Origin: an uncultured Bacteroidota bacterium | GTDB taxonomy: Bacteria > Bacteroidota > Bacteroidia > AKYH767-A > 2013-40CM-41-45 | Length of the DNA: 64,000 bases | Direction: 5' to 3' | Assembly (NCBI GenBank): GCA_937871435.1 | Contig: CALMQM010000123.1 | Span: 2,607-66,606 of the forward strand | Shown: piece after piece, positions 1-11,600 of the stretch | Layout of the letters: each line of letters opens with the position of its first letter | Numbering within the stretch: the first letter of the stretch is position 1 | Program-made: the position numbers and the translations under genes | Notes under the pieces: model-generated | The model's database searches: none | What the model saw: the letters and a program-made list of their open reading frames with translations, nothing else | What the model was told of the DNA's origin: nothing

Positions 1-2869
1 CAGTCGCACCCATTTCAAGCCCTAATTTTTGACGATCCATTGCAGACATGATATGAATCGGAATGTGTTTTATTTTTTCGTTTTCACGAATTTTTTTCAA
101 CACCGACCAACCGTCCATTCCGGGAAGCTGCATATCCATGATAATCGCTGTCGGATTCATCTCTTCGGCCAGACGTAGTCCAACATCTCCTTGTGTGGCA
201 ACAACAGCTTTGTAATTTTTTTCATGCGCCATATCCAACAGAACACGGGCAAATTGCACATCATCTTCAACAATGAGCAACACCGGCTCAGAACCATCAA
301 GACAATCTCTATCGTCTTCAATAGAAGAAACTAAGTCAACAGAACTTGTTTGAATGGTTTCTGTCCGCATATTCAGTGGAAATCCCGAATGTGTAGTATC
401 GTTGGATACAGAATTTGTTTCCTGTGTAGTATCGGGGATTACAATTTTTGTATCAAGGGGCAGATACATAGAAAATGTACTTCCTTTACCCTGTTCCGAA
501 ACCAATTGCATTTCTCCACCAAGCATTGCAACCAACATTTTACTGATAGATAATCCAAGGCCTGTTCCGCCAAACTTCCTGTTGGTTGAACCGTCCGCCT
601 GTTGAAATGCTTCAAAAATCAGCTGCTGTTTCTCTGCCGGAATTCCAATTCCGGTATCTGTTACAGAGAATTCAATAATGTGTTTACTATTGATCAGGTT
701 AGGATTAGTAAATCGTGTTGATCGATCAGGTTGTTTAATTCGCAAAGTAACTTTTCCTCCGTGCGAAGTAAATTTAAAGGCATTGGACAGAAGATTCTTA
801 ATAATTTGCTCAATACGTACCCGATCTGTAACAAAACGTTCCGGTAAATTCGAATGCTTTTCAATTTCAAATTCAATTCGTTTCTCTTTCGCGAGTTCAG
901 AGAAAAGAGAACGGATGTCATCTTTCACAGTATTCAACTCCACTTCTTCAAGGATGAGTTCCACCTTTCCTGCTTCAATTTTCGAGAGATCAAGAATGTC
1001 GTTAATCAGTACCAATAAATCTGTTCCTGACTTGTGAATTACGCGGGCATATTCAACCTGTTTATCATTAAGATTATTCGCTTTATTTTCAGATAACAAT
1101 TTGGCCAGAATCAGCACACTGTTGAGAGGGGTCCGCAATTCATGTGACATATTTGCAAGGAATTCGGATTTGTATTTGCTGTTCATCTCCAGTTCCTTTG
1201 CCTTCAAACTCAATGCCTCTTGTGCTTGCTCCAGGACTTCATTCTGATGCTCCAATTCACGTGTGTTTTGCTTCAACTCATGGTTGCTCTGTTTGAGTTC
1301 TTCTTCAGAAGCCTGCAGCAGTTTCGACTGGTTGGAAAGCTCTTCGTTGGTTTGGCGCAATTCTTCCTCCTGTGCTGAAAGTCGTTCTGCCAGCTTTTTC
1401 GTTTCATCCAATAATCTTCTGGTTAGAGTATTGGCTTTAACAGAAGCAACTGTTGACGCGATAGTCTCTCCGATGTTTTCAATAAAGTCCTGCTTGTGCT
1501 TTTCAAACTGATTGAATGAAGCCAATTCGATTGCGCCATACACAATACCATGGTGTTTCAATGGAATGATCACAACATGTGACGCCGGTGATTCACCCAA
1601 ACCGGAATTGATTGTTGCATATGCTGAAGGAGCATTCATCAGGTAAATCGGTGTGCCTTGTTTTACAGCCTGTCCTAAAAGCCCTTCTCCGATTTCAATT
1701 CTCTTCTTTGCTTTCGCTCTCTCATCCAGGGCGTAACTACCGTGCAACTCTATCCAGCTTCTGTTCTCGAACTCATTTGATTCAAGTAAATAAATAGCCC
1801 CATGGTATGCGGAGATATACTTCACCAACATGGAAATTATTTCATCGCTCAGCTTAGAAATATCATCGTTGTTTTCTCTCAATACACCATTGATCTGTTC
1901 AATACCGCTGGATATCCAGTTTCTGTGTTTGTTATCAATATCCGCCTGGTGCAGACTAGAACGCATTTGTACCAATGCGTTTCCCAACTCATCATTTGCG
2001 CCCAGTGGTTGAAATTCCACTTCAAAATTTCCATCACCGATATTGTGTGCAAATCTCGCCGTACGCTTAAGGCTCTGCATGAGTGTGCGCACAGCTTCCG
2101 TCATTTGACCTACTGCATTTTTCCTTGGTTCAAGATCCATTTCCGGGATTTCGCCTTTTCCCATCAACAGGATATAGTTTTTCAACTTCATGGTAGGAAC
2201 GATGATGTTGTTGGACATGTAGAATGCAGCCATCAACACAACAATGACAATCAGAATTGCGATTCCCAATACACTCCACATAAGTGCCCTGGAGGAAGCC
2301 CTCATCTGATTGTGTTCGAATTCAGCTTGCGCCTTCTTTTTCAGAATAACCTGATTGAGTTGCGTAATAATATTGGTAGAACCCGGAAGAATTTGATTTT
2401 CGATAATTTCTTCAGCAGAAAATTTCTTCATTGGATCCTCGTAGTCATCGAAATTTACCAATGAGCTCATAATCTGGCGTTGGTACACCATCATTTTTTC
2501 AAAATTCAGGAACACCTTCTGCATGCTGTCTGCATTCTCCTGATCATTCCAGAGGGTCATCATGGCCATGATGTTTCCTTTCAATTCAGGATATTCCACA
2601 GTTTGCAACTCCTTCAGTTTCTCTTTGTCTTCTTTATTTCCCTGGAGGTAGACCCAATTGGTGCTATACATCTTTGCCTTCGTTACCAACAAGTTCATGT
2701 TTTCCAATGACTGCAAAGAAGGAATTTCCACCGTCATGATTTTGGTGGTGACATCCTGATTTCTGGAAATATTCAATGAGCTGTAAATGGCGTTGAAAAC
2801 CGAAATGCCAATTACTGCCATGAATACAACATAAATTTCAAGATCAATTTTATAGTTTTTCGACTTCAT
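1..2869 (-). CDS. Hybrid sensor histidine kinase/response regulator, partial (C-terminus beyond window start). Domains: TM, HAMP, GAF, long coiled coil, HisKA, HATPase_c, REC.
   Basis: Reverse-strand translation from ATG at 2867-2869 gives MKSKNYKIDLEIYVVFMAVIG... with no stop to position 1, so the ORF track omits it. The H-box SHELRTPLNSV, HATPase G-boxes and a REC domain (LLIVEDD...IPIHIMSAMD) are visible. The plus-strand ORFs 678-2710 are antisense artefacts. Confidence 0.85.
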   Translation of the reverse strand, partial: MKSKNYKIDLEIYVVFMAVIGISVFNAIYSSLNISRNQDVTTKIMTVEIPSLQSLENMNLLVTKAKMYSTNWVYLQGNKEDKEKLKELQTVEYPELKGNIMAMMTLWNDQENADSMQKVFLNFEKMMVYQRQIMSSLVNFDDYEDPMKKFSAEEIIENQILPGSTNIITQLNQVILKKKAQAEFEHNQMRASSRALMWSVLGIAILIVIVVLMAAFYMSNNIIVPTMKLKNYILLMGKGEIPEMDLEPRKNAVGQMTEAVRTLMQSLKRTARFAHNIGDGNFEVEFQPLGANDELGNALVQMRSSLHQADIDNKHRNWISSGIEQINGVLRENNDDISKLSDEIISMLVKYISAYHGAIYLLESNEFENRSWIELHGSYALDERAKAKKRIEIGEGLLGQAVKQGTPIYLMNAPSAYATINSGLGESPASHVVIIPLKHHGIVYGAIELASFNQFEKHKQDFIENIGETIASTVASVKANTLTRRLLDETKKLAERLSAQEEELRQTNEELSNQSKLLQASEEELKQSNHELKQNTRELEHQNEVLEQAQEALSLKAKELEMNSKYKSEFLANMSHELRTPLNSVLILAKLLSENKANNLNDKQVEYARVIHKSGTDLLVLINDILDLSKIEAGKVELILEEVELNTVKDDIRSLFSELAKEKRIEFEIEKHSNLPERFVTDRVRIEQIIKNLLSNAFKFTSHGGKVTLRIKQPDRSTRFTNPNLINSKHIIEFSVTDTGIGIPAEKQQLIFEAFQQADGSTNRKFGGTGLGLSISKMLVAMLGGEMQLVSEQGKGSTFSMYLPLDTKIVIPDTTQETNSVSNDTTHSGFPLNMRTETIQTSSVDLVSSIEDDRDCLDGSEPVLLIVEDDVQFARVLLDMAHEKNYKAVVATQGDVGLRLAEEMNPTAIIMDMQLPGMDGWSVLKKIRENEKIKHIPIHIMSAMDRQKLGLEMGAT

Positions 2870-2886
2870 CGATGCGAACTTTCTTT

Positions 2887-3441
2887 TTATGGATTAACGA
2901 GAATCGCCAGGCTGCTTAGTTGCGAAGAAATTTTTATTCCTCCTGACTTTGCGGCGCTCAGATTAATTACGAAACGAATTTTATTTTCAACTTTTACCAA
3001 ATTAATCGCTGCCCATTTTTCAGAATGTTCAGATTCTTCAGAGACCAGCAGAACTCCTCTACCCTGATATTGTTTTGCCCACATTTCTCCGTGCGATTCC
3101 TCGCCCGCTGTCACAAATACAAGTTGGCAAGTAGGCGCGTTTTCAGGATTCAATTGAACCAGTTCAAGTTTTTTCCCTTCCTTCTTTTTCATTGCGATCA
3201 CTTTTTGTAATGCGTCGCTAACACTCGATTTTCCGACAATACCAATTTTAAAAACGGACGCTTCCTGTTCCTTTGGCCATTCCACATATTTGATAAAATT
3301 GAAAAGAAACATTGCTTTAATGTCGGCTTCATTAGATTGCGAATAAATTTTCCCGGTACCAATTAACAAAAACACAACAAGCACCAATCCCTTTCGGAAG
3401 GTGCTTTGAATGGTGTGTTTTATTTTCGGACGGATGCTCAT
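2887..3441 (-). CDS. YfiR/DUF4154 family periplasmic protein
   Basis: 184 aa with a signal peptide. Typical DUF4154 length. Sits between a TonB-dependent receptor and a hybrid kinase, a recurrent Bacteroidota arrangement. Confidence 0.6.
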   Translation of the reverse strand: MSIRPKIKHTIQSTFRKGLVLVVFLLIGTGKIYSQSNEADIKAMFLFNFIKYVEWPKEQEASVFKIGIVGKSSVSDALQKVIAMKKKEGKKLELVQLNPENAPTCQLVFVTAGEESHGEMWAKQYQGRGVLLVSEESEHSEKWAAINLVKVENKIRFVINLSAAKSGGIKISSQLSSLAILVNP

Positions 3442-3444
3442 TCT

Positions 3445-5439
3445 TTACTTATGGAAATCGAACCGATAGCACAAATTGAGTCTGTATTCCCTTGAAAGGC
3501 CCGGTAATGCAGCGTGATTATTATTATAGGGCTGTATGTAAACAACTTTTGAATCAAGCACATTGATACAGCCCGCCTGTATAGTCAGCCCCCGGGTAAA
3601 AATCTGCTCGAAATTGAACATCATATCGATGTAGGCTGCGGGATCATATTTCACAATAACATCTTTTCCCGAATTCGCATCAACATAATAATCGTATCGT
3701 GTATCCAGCAGAGTCATGGAGGGAGAGAGATTCACTTTCCTGCTAATTTTCAGATTTGAACTTAGCGTCACTTTGTTGTTTGGAAAAGCGACTACTTTTC
3801 CTTTCTTGCCGGGAATACTATAGGTTTCGTTTGTTTTTTTACCCCGGGTTGTGAAGAATGAATAATTCAGGTTCATGTACCCTAATAGTGTCTTGACGCG
3901 GTATTCCAGTTCAAATCCTCTGCTACCGGTAACTCCATCATTTTTGTATGCATCCAAATTGTCGGCGGTGTAATAAAAAATAATAGGATCGTGGGTGGTG
4001 ATATCAAAAATATTTGCGGTGAGATACGTATTGGCTCCAAACTCATATCCTGTTTCCAGCTCGGTAACTGTTGTACGTTCAGGCTTTATTCCATTCCCAG
4101 AATTGATATTCTCAATGGATGGTGAACGGAAAGCAGAGCTGTACAAAAGTTTCACGTGCCACTTATTAAATACTCTGGTAAGCCCAATTCTTGGCACAAA
4201 AGCGTCCGCGAATCTGTCGTTAGCATTGTATCGCGCACCAAATGTGATGTTGGCGAACTTGCTACGAATCAACATTTGCGCATAGGCTGCCATGTTATTT
4301 ATTTCAAATTTTCCCGAACCATTTGAAAAATATGTTGAGTCAATTCGTTGAGCTGCTATTTGTTTGCATCCTTCAAGTCCTGTTATCAGGTTGATAGAAG
4401 AATTGATATCGTAATTCGCTTTAAGCTGGCCGAGAAAACTTTCAACCGATACACTATATGGGACGAATTCATCATTCAAGGATGTGCCTTCGAAATTCCA
4501 TGGTGTTTGATGCTTGAATTTCACCGTCGGAAGAAGAGAGAGTTTATCATTTACGTGCACTTCATATTCACCCAAAATATGATAGCTATTGAAATCTGTA
4601 GGGTATGTTTTAGATAAGGCATTTTCATAGCCATCTCTTTGTAATAAATGATATTGGTCGGCAAATGCTGACAGCTTTAGTTTTTTCCAGGTTAAATCGA
4701 GTTTCCCTTGTGCTGTATGTATTCCGGAATTTTCGGCCATGTTATAAGAAGAGCCATAATTGTCAGTGAAATCATTCTGGCTACGATTTGACTCATTGAA
4801 AAACGCCGACAAATTCACTTGTACATCCCCGAGAGGTTTCATGGCAGAAAGAGAGATATTCCGTGTTGCATATTGACGGCTCATCTGACTGTAGGTTGTA
4901 TTCACAGCAATTCCGTTCCCGGATCCGGCTTGTTTGGTGATGATATTGATTACTGCATATTCTGCGTTACCGCCATATACCGCCGATCCCGGCCCACGAA
5001 TAATTTCAATCTGTTTGATTGAGCTGACAGAATAATGGGCACCCAATACAATTGCGGAGAAAAGGTCTTCGTTTAATTCATGACCATCCAGGAGCATCAG
5101 AACTTTTCCTTCGTGTGCCCAATTTCCTCTCACACCCAAACCTATAACTCCTTCAACATCTACTCCAAAATCAAAACCGGGTACTTTTTGTAAAAGCTCA
5201 ATTAAATCAGTTGCTCCTGATTTACGAATTTCGTCTTCCGTAATAAACGTGATAATACCGGGGGATTCTCGTGGTGTAAGTGCTTTGGATGTGGCAACCG
5301 TAACCTCCACTTTCATCAGATCTTCGAGAGACATGTCATAAAAAGAGACACTATCTCTTGCAGTCGAAGAAATCTGTTGTGCAGGAGCAGATCCTGTACT
5401 TAGAATAAGTAAGAAGAAAAGTAAAAGATAAACACGCAT
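3445..5439 (-). CDS. TonB-dependent outer-membrane receptor
   Basis: Signal peptide MRVYLLLFFLLILSTGSAPAQQ from an internal Met. The ORF track starts it at 5514. Plug-domain motif DLIELLQKVPGF. About 660 aa, beta-barrel-like with a C-terminal aromatic residue. Confidence 0.85.
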   Translation of the reverse strand: MRVYLLLFFLLILSTGSAPAQQISSTARDSVSFYDMSLEDLMKVEVTVATSKALTPRESPGIITFITEDEIRKSGATDLIELLQKVPGFDFGVDVEGVIGLGVRGNWAHEGKVLMLLDGHELNEDLFSAIVLGAHYSVSSIKQIEIIRGPGSAVYGGNAEYAVINIITKQAGSGNGIAVNTTYSQMSRQYATRNISLSAMKPLGDVQVNLSAFFNESNRSQNDFTDNYGSSYNMAENSGIHTAQGKLDLTWKKLKLSAFADQYHLLQRDGYENALSKTYPTDFNSYHILGEYEVHVNDKLSLLPTVKFKHQTPWNFEGTSLNDEFVPYSVSVESFLGQLKANYDINSSINLITGLEGCKQIAAQRIDSTYFSNGSGKFEINNMAAYAQMLIRSKFANITFGARYNANDRFADAFVPRIGLTRVFNKWHVKLLYSSAFRSPSIENINSGNGIKPERTTVTELETGYEFGANTYLTANIFDITTHDPIIFYYTADNLDAYKNDGVTGSRGFELEYRVKTLLGYMNLNYSFFTTRGKKTNETYSIPGKKGKVVAFPNNKVTLSSNLKISRKVNLSPSMTLLDTRYDYYVDANSGKDVIVKYDPAAYIDMMFNFEQIFTRGLTIQAGCINVLDSKVVYIQPYNNNHAALPGLSREYRLNLCYRFDFHK

Positions 5440-5606
5440 TTTCCCACGATTCTGGCAGAAAAGTCTGCCGGAACTTATACTATTATACCCAATTGAAATC
5501 GTGGCGTTCCGCAAAAAGAGATCGATTTGACCTCATTTCTTACAGATCAGAAAAAAAATTTTAGGCAATTGACAGAAACCCGTTGTTGTCAGGAAAAGTT
5601 GCGAAT

Positions 5607-8600
5607 TTATTTTTGCAGAATAATTTTACGGTTTGCAATAGCTCCGGAATTCGAAATACTAACCCAATATACTCCTGAAGCAAAATTATTGCAGTCGAGA
5701 GTATACAACTGGTCCTGTGTGGTGAGCTTGATTTCTTCTTTGACTAATACTTGCCCCAGTGCGTCAGTTAATGCGATGCGTACTGTTTGCAATTTACCGG
5801 AGTGGATCATGAGATTAACCTGATCATGCGCAGGATTCGGGAAAATATAAAACAGAGCTTGTTCGGGTGTTTCATCTATACCAACCAAAGCAACAAAGCG
5901 TGTAGCAGAAATGGATGTGCATCCTTTACCATCTGTTATTTCTACAGAGTAATTTCCTGACAGTGTTGCAACAAACTGTTGATTCGTAGCACCGGAAATT
6001 GGAATTCCATTCAGATACCATTGATAACTCAACGCAGGAGAACAAGTAAGTGTATCACCGCTTTGACTAAACACCGGTGTTTGAGGATTTGAATTAACCT
6101 GAATAAAATTTGTCAGCTGTAATGTATCAGTTCCTGCAGTATTCGTAACGATTTGTGTAATGGAATAATTTCCGGGCTGTGAGTAACAAACACCTGAAGG
6201 GCTTTCATCGGTAGATGATGCCGGTGTTGCTCCCGGAAACAACCATTGCCACGAAACCGCATTCAACGCCATAGAGACAAAAGAAATGCAGGAGCCTCCG
6301 CATAAGTTTGTGTCGCTGCTGATAAAATTAGCTTGTGGCAATTGCGAACAGTTCACAACGTGGATCAATCCGCTCGTTGATCTGGATCCGGAGCAATGTC
6401 CATCAGACACTGTAAGTCCGACATCAAATGTTCCCATAACAGGATAACATACAGAGCCTGGATTTGCAACAGATGCAGATGAAGGGTTTGCTCCGGTGAA
6501 TGTCCATTGCCAGGTTGTTAATGTTCCGGATGTCTGATCTGTAAACGCGATGCAATCGCCGGGACAAATTGAATTATCCGAAGCAGCGAACTGAACTATT
6601 GGGGAGTTTCTTACGACAATCATATTCACATAGGCTCTTGTGGCCGAACATCCGCCTGCAGCCACAGCTGTAAGTCCTACAGTGTACATACCTGCGTTTG
6701 TAAATTGATGCGATGGAGAAATTGAAGCAGAAGTGTCGCCGTCACCAAATGACCAATGGTAGGAAGATGCTCCGGTGGTTGTATTTGTAAAACTTACAGT
6801 CAGACTGTCGCAGCCTTCTGTGATTGCTGTACTGAAATTCACAACAGGTCGTGGTAATACATTTACTGTTTGAGTCATTGTATCAGAACAAGCACCGGCG
6901 CCTGAAGTAATAAGAGTAACATTGTAAGCGCCTGCAGAAGAATAATAATGAGCAATATCCTGAGATGATGAGAGGGGGCTTCCATCTCCAAAATTCCATG
7001 AATACCCATTGATCACTGCTCCATTGGGCAAGCTTTGATTGGTGAAGTAAAGCGTATCCCCAAAACAAGGAGTACTTGCAGTAAAATCAGCAATCGGACT
7101 TGCGGACACAGTAATCATATTAGGGATCGACAGCGTATCTGCGCAGGATCCCTGAGTTGCAATTAATGAAACAGAATACACTCCGGCAGAAGTATAGGTA
7201 TGTGTCGGTGTAGTCAGAGATGATGTAGAAGATCCGTCTCCAAAATTCCAGGTATAAACAGGAGAACCGCTTGTGGTATTTGTAAAGCTGACATCCACAG
7301 GTGAGCACCCTGATGAAACTGAAGAAGTAAATTGAACTTGTGGTGCCGGGCTTACCGTTACTGTCTGAGTTGTAAAATCAGAACACGTTGCGGTAAATGC
7401 GGTCATGCTTACGGTATATGAGCCTGCGGTAGAATAATAATGAACTGCGTTTGAAGATGTCGATGACGGGGATCCGTCTCCAAAGCTCCACGAATATGAA
7501 ACAATTGTTCCTCCGTTTCCTGTTGAAGTATTAACAAAGTGCACAGAATCTCCGAGACACACATTCGAAGTAGTGAAAGCGGCAGTAGGTTGAGGAACAA
7601 TAGTGATTAGGTTTGTTTGAGTCAGTGTATCTGCACATGAACCCTGTGTGGCGATGAGAGTTACAGAAAATGTTCCGGTGTTTGTATAAGCATGAGAGGG
7701 ATTGGTTGCCGATGAGCTGGCGGTGCCATCACCGAAATCCCAGCTATATACAGGAGATCCTGTGGTTGTGTTGGTGAAAGAAATCGTTTGTGGACCACAG
7801 GCAAGCGTACTGCTGGAGCTAAAGCTGACCTGCGGAGCAGGATTTACTGAGATTGTAATAGTAGTATCGTCTGAACAGACTCCAGCAATTGTGGTGAGAG
7901 TAACCGAATAATTTCCCGCGGAAGTGAATGCGTGTGCGGGCTGAGTTGATGATGAAGAGGGGCTACCATCACCAAAATTCCAGGCATATCCAGAAATTGC
8001 AGAACCATTGCCAGTCGATAAATTCACAAAGTGAACTGTATCGCCAAGACAAACAGAAGATGGTGCTGAATAAGATGCAGTAGGTTTTGCAGAAACGGTG
8101 ATCATGGAGGGAGTTACAAGTGTGTCGGAACATGATCCCTGTGTGGCGATTAGAGTTACAGTATACACACCGGCAGTGTTGAATGTGTGAGATGGGGCAT
8201 TTAATGATGATGCGGGACTACCATCTCCGAAATTCCATGTATATACCGGGCTGCCGGTAGTTGTATTTGTAAAATTTACTGTGAGAGGATTACATCCGCT
8301 CGTTGTAGAAGCAGAGAAAGAAACAACAGGAGCGGGAGCAACACTGATTTGAATTGTGGTGTCGTCAGAGCAGGCGGAAGTAGAAGCTGTAAGTACAACA
8401 GAATAACTTCCTGCTGCGGAAAAAAGATGGTTCGGATTTGTCTGAGAAGATGTTAAACTGCCGTCTCCGAAATTCCATGAATAAGACGAAAGCACGCCTC
8501 CGTTTCCACTGGAAGAATTTGTAAAAAAGATCGTGTCACCAAGGCACACGTTGTTATTGGAAGAAAAAGATGCGGTTGGTGTAGGATTCGCGGTGATGTA

Positions 8601-11600
8601 GTTTGTTCTTGTCAAAGTGTCAGCGCAGGATCCTTGTGTTGCAATGAGTGTGATGGTATAGATACCTGCTGTTGCATAACTGTGTGCAGGTGATGTGGAA
8701 GAAGATGTCGGAGAACCATCACCGAAATTCCAATTATAAGAAGGGCTTCCTGCTGTTGTATTTATAAACGAAACAGACATGGGAGCACAACCATTCGTGG
8801 AAGATGCGCTGAAGTTTACAACAGGAGCGGGGTTCACAGAAATTGATCTTGTAGAATCATCGGTACAATTGGCTGTGGAGGTTGTTAATGTAACTGAATA
8901 ATTTCCCGCACTGGTATAAACGTGATACGGCTGACTAAGAACAGATGAAGGAGAGCCATCTCCAAAATTCCACGAATATCCGGTGATCGTTCCTCCGTTA
9001 CCGGAAGAATTGTTCGAGAAAAATACCGTGTCACCAAGGCAAATTGTTGATACAGATGAAAAGGAAGAAAGTGGTTTGGGATAAACCGAAATCAAAGCAT
9101 TACGTGTTAATGTATCCGCGCATGATCCCTGTGTAGCGATTAATGTTACAGAGTATGTTCCGGAATTCGCATATATGTGTGATGGTGACGTCTGTGATGA
9201 TGATGGACTACCATCACCAAAATTCCATGAATATACAGGTGAGCCGGAAGTTGTATTGGAGAAGTTGACAGTAAGTGGTCCGCATCCATTGGTGGGAGAA
9301 GGTGAAAAATTCACTGTAGGTGCGGGTGCAATCGTTACAGAAATCGTTGTATCGTCACTGCAATGAATGGTATTTGCAGTAAGAGTGACAGAATATGTCC
9401 CGAACGCGTTATATACATGAAACGGGTTTGTCTGAGACGATACAGGAGAGGCGTCACCAAAATTCCAACTGTATGAGGTGAGTGTACCTCCATTCCCGGC
9501 AGACAAATTTGAAAAGAAAATCGTGTCCCCTAAGCAAATATTATTGTTGGAAGAAAAAGAAGAAAGCGGTTGTGGATGTACTGTGATCATTGCAGACTGA
9601 GTACTGGTGCTGGTGCATCCTGAGCTGCTCGTTGCGGTAAGCGTCACAGTATAAGTGCCTGTTGAATTGTAAGTATGTGATGGTGCGGTTACAGAGGATG
9701 CAGGTGAGCCATCGCCAAAATTCCAGGAATAGGATGTCGCGTTGGTGGTGTTATTAATAAAATTCACCAGCGGAGTGCCGCATCCTGATGTGATGTTTGA
9801 AGAAAAACTAATTGTTGGTTTTGCAGATACTGTGACTGTGTGTGACACACTTGAGGTACAGTTGTTATTATCCGTTGCGGTGAGTGTGACAGTGTATGTT
9901 CCGGCTGTACTGTAAGTATATGAAGGGCTTTGTTGATTTGATGTACCAACACCATCGCCAAAATTCCAACTCCAACCGGTGATTGCGCCTGCGGTCGCAA
10001 ATCCGGAACCTGTAAAGGTTGAGGCGGAACCTTCGCATGCTGAACTGTTCGTAAAGTTTGTGGTAACCACATCTACCATTACATCAATCGCGGTTCTGTA
10101 AAATCCCGGGCAGGTTGCTACATAGTAGGTAGTATTGGAAGAAAGAGAGGGGGTAGTATACGTTGTTCCTGTGGTTAACAATGTTCCACCAACAGCTTGA
10201 TTGTACCAGTAAAAAACTGTTCCGGGAGGAATGGTGCCCTGCGGACTGAGAGTGATTGTTGTTGCTCCACCACCGCAAATCATCACTGATGTTGGAAGAA
10301 TTTTAAAGTTCGAAAGTGTAGCATTTGAAATTCCTGCCCCGCCCTTTGTGGCGCCATTCGGGGGGAACTCAGTCATCCCGCGGGAATTTGTTGTACCATT
10401 TGTGCCTCCATTGGCAGTACGCGTAATCGCTCCGCCGGAAATTGCAATGTAACCACCGCCACCGCCACCACCAGGGCCTTCCGCTTCTATTGTAAACACT
10501 CCAACACTCTGACTTCCTCCGTTTCCGCCATTCGCATTTGCACTGATCCCTGAAATATTTCCAAGAGCATTGAGGATAATCACTCCGCCCGCACCACCGC
10601 CACCTGCGCCATCGGTTCCTGTTGAAACAGTGCTGGAACCATTCACTCCATTTGCAAGCACCTGACCCGCACCTGAAATATCCAATTGCGACATGATATA
10701 TGCTATACCGCCACCTGCTCCACCTGCTCCACCGTAATTATCATTCTGGTCTCCGCCACCGCCACCGCCGCCTAAAAAGATTCTTCCTGTAGAATAATCA
10801 AGAGGACGTGCGCCTCTTCCTCCATTATCTCTTCGGGCATCACCACCCCAAGCACCATTTGTAGTACCTACTGAAAGAGCGTTCTGATCGGAAGAAGAAA
10901 ATGTGTAGCCGCCTTTACCACCTCCGCTTGAAGTTGTAGAAGCAAAGCCTGAATATTCAAGGTTCCATGCATTTGCCCAGGAGCCGGTAGAAATATCCGG
11001 AGTACCGCGGCCAGTCCACGATGCAATATTCCCTGCGTTGCTACCGCCACCACCACCACCGTTGTGAGCACTGGCACCACCTCCTCCATTTGCGGGGGCA
11101 CCTTTGCAATAGCGTCCATTCAACACATCGTAATCTGCCTGATAGCCCGCAACGCTTTCTCCTTTTTCTCCTCCATAAGCAGATTGCAAATCCCGATAAT
11201 TCAGGACTCCCCAACCGGCGTTGTTTTCGAGAAGTGCGCCTCCGCGAAATCCTTTGCCACTCACATCTATTTTACCACCACTGTTAATTGAAACACTTCC
11301 CTGTGTCTCTACTACCAGCACACCGCCGGTTGAACCATTCCATCCGGGACAAGTGAGCGTTCCTGCGCCATTAATGGTAAGTGTTGTATAACGAGGGACT
11401 CGTACTACCTGTGTTCTGCCGGAAGTGGAATAGTTTTTTTGAAGAGCACACGAAAGTGTGATGGTTGTACCATTTGGAACAGTAGCAACTTCGGCCATTT
11501 CATAATTCCCGCAGTTGTTATAATTTAAAATCGCACCGTAAGTCGTGTCGTCTGCAGTGCCGATATTCACTCCTTCAATCTGGATAATAAAAATCAAATC

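Noticed and set aside
350-2710. Series of plus-strand ORFs (67-220 aa) at the window start
   Set aside because: They are antisense to a continuous minus-strand hybrid kinase ORF with clear HisKA/HATPase/REC motifs. No motifs of their own.
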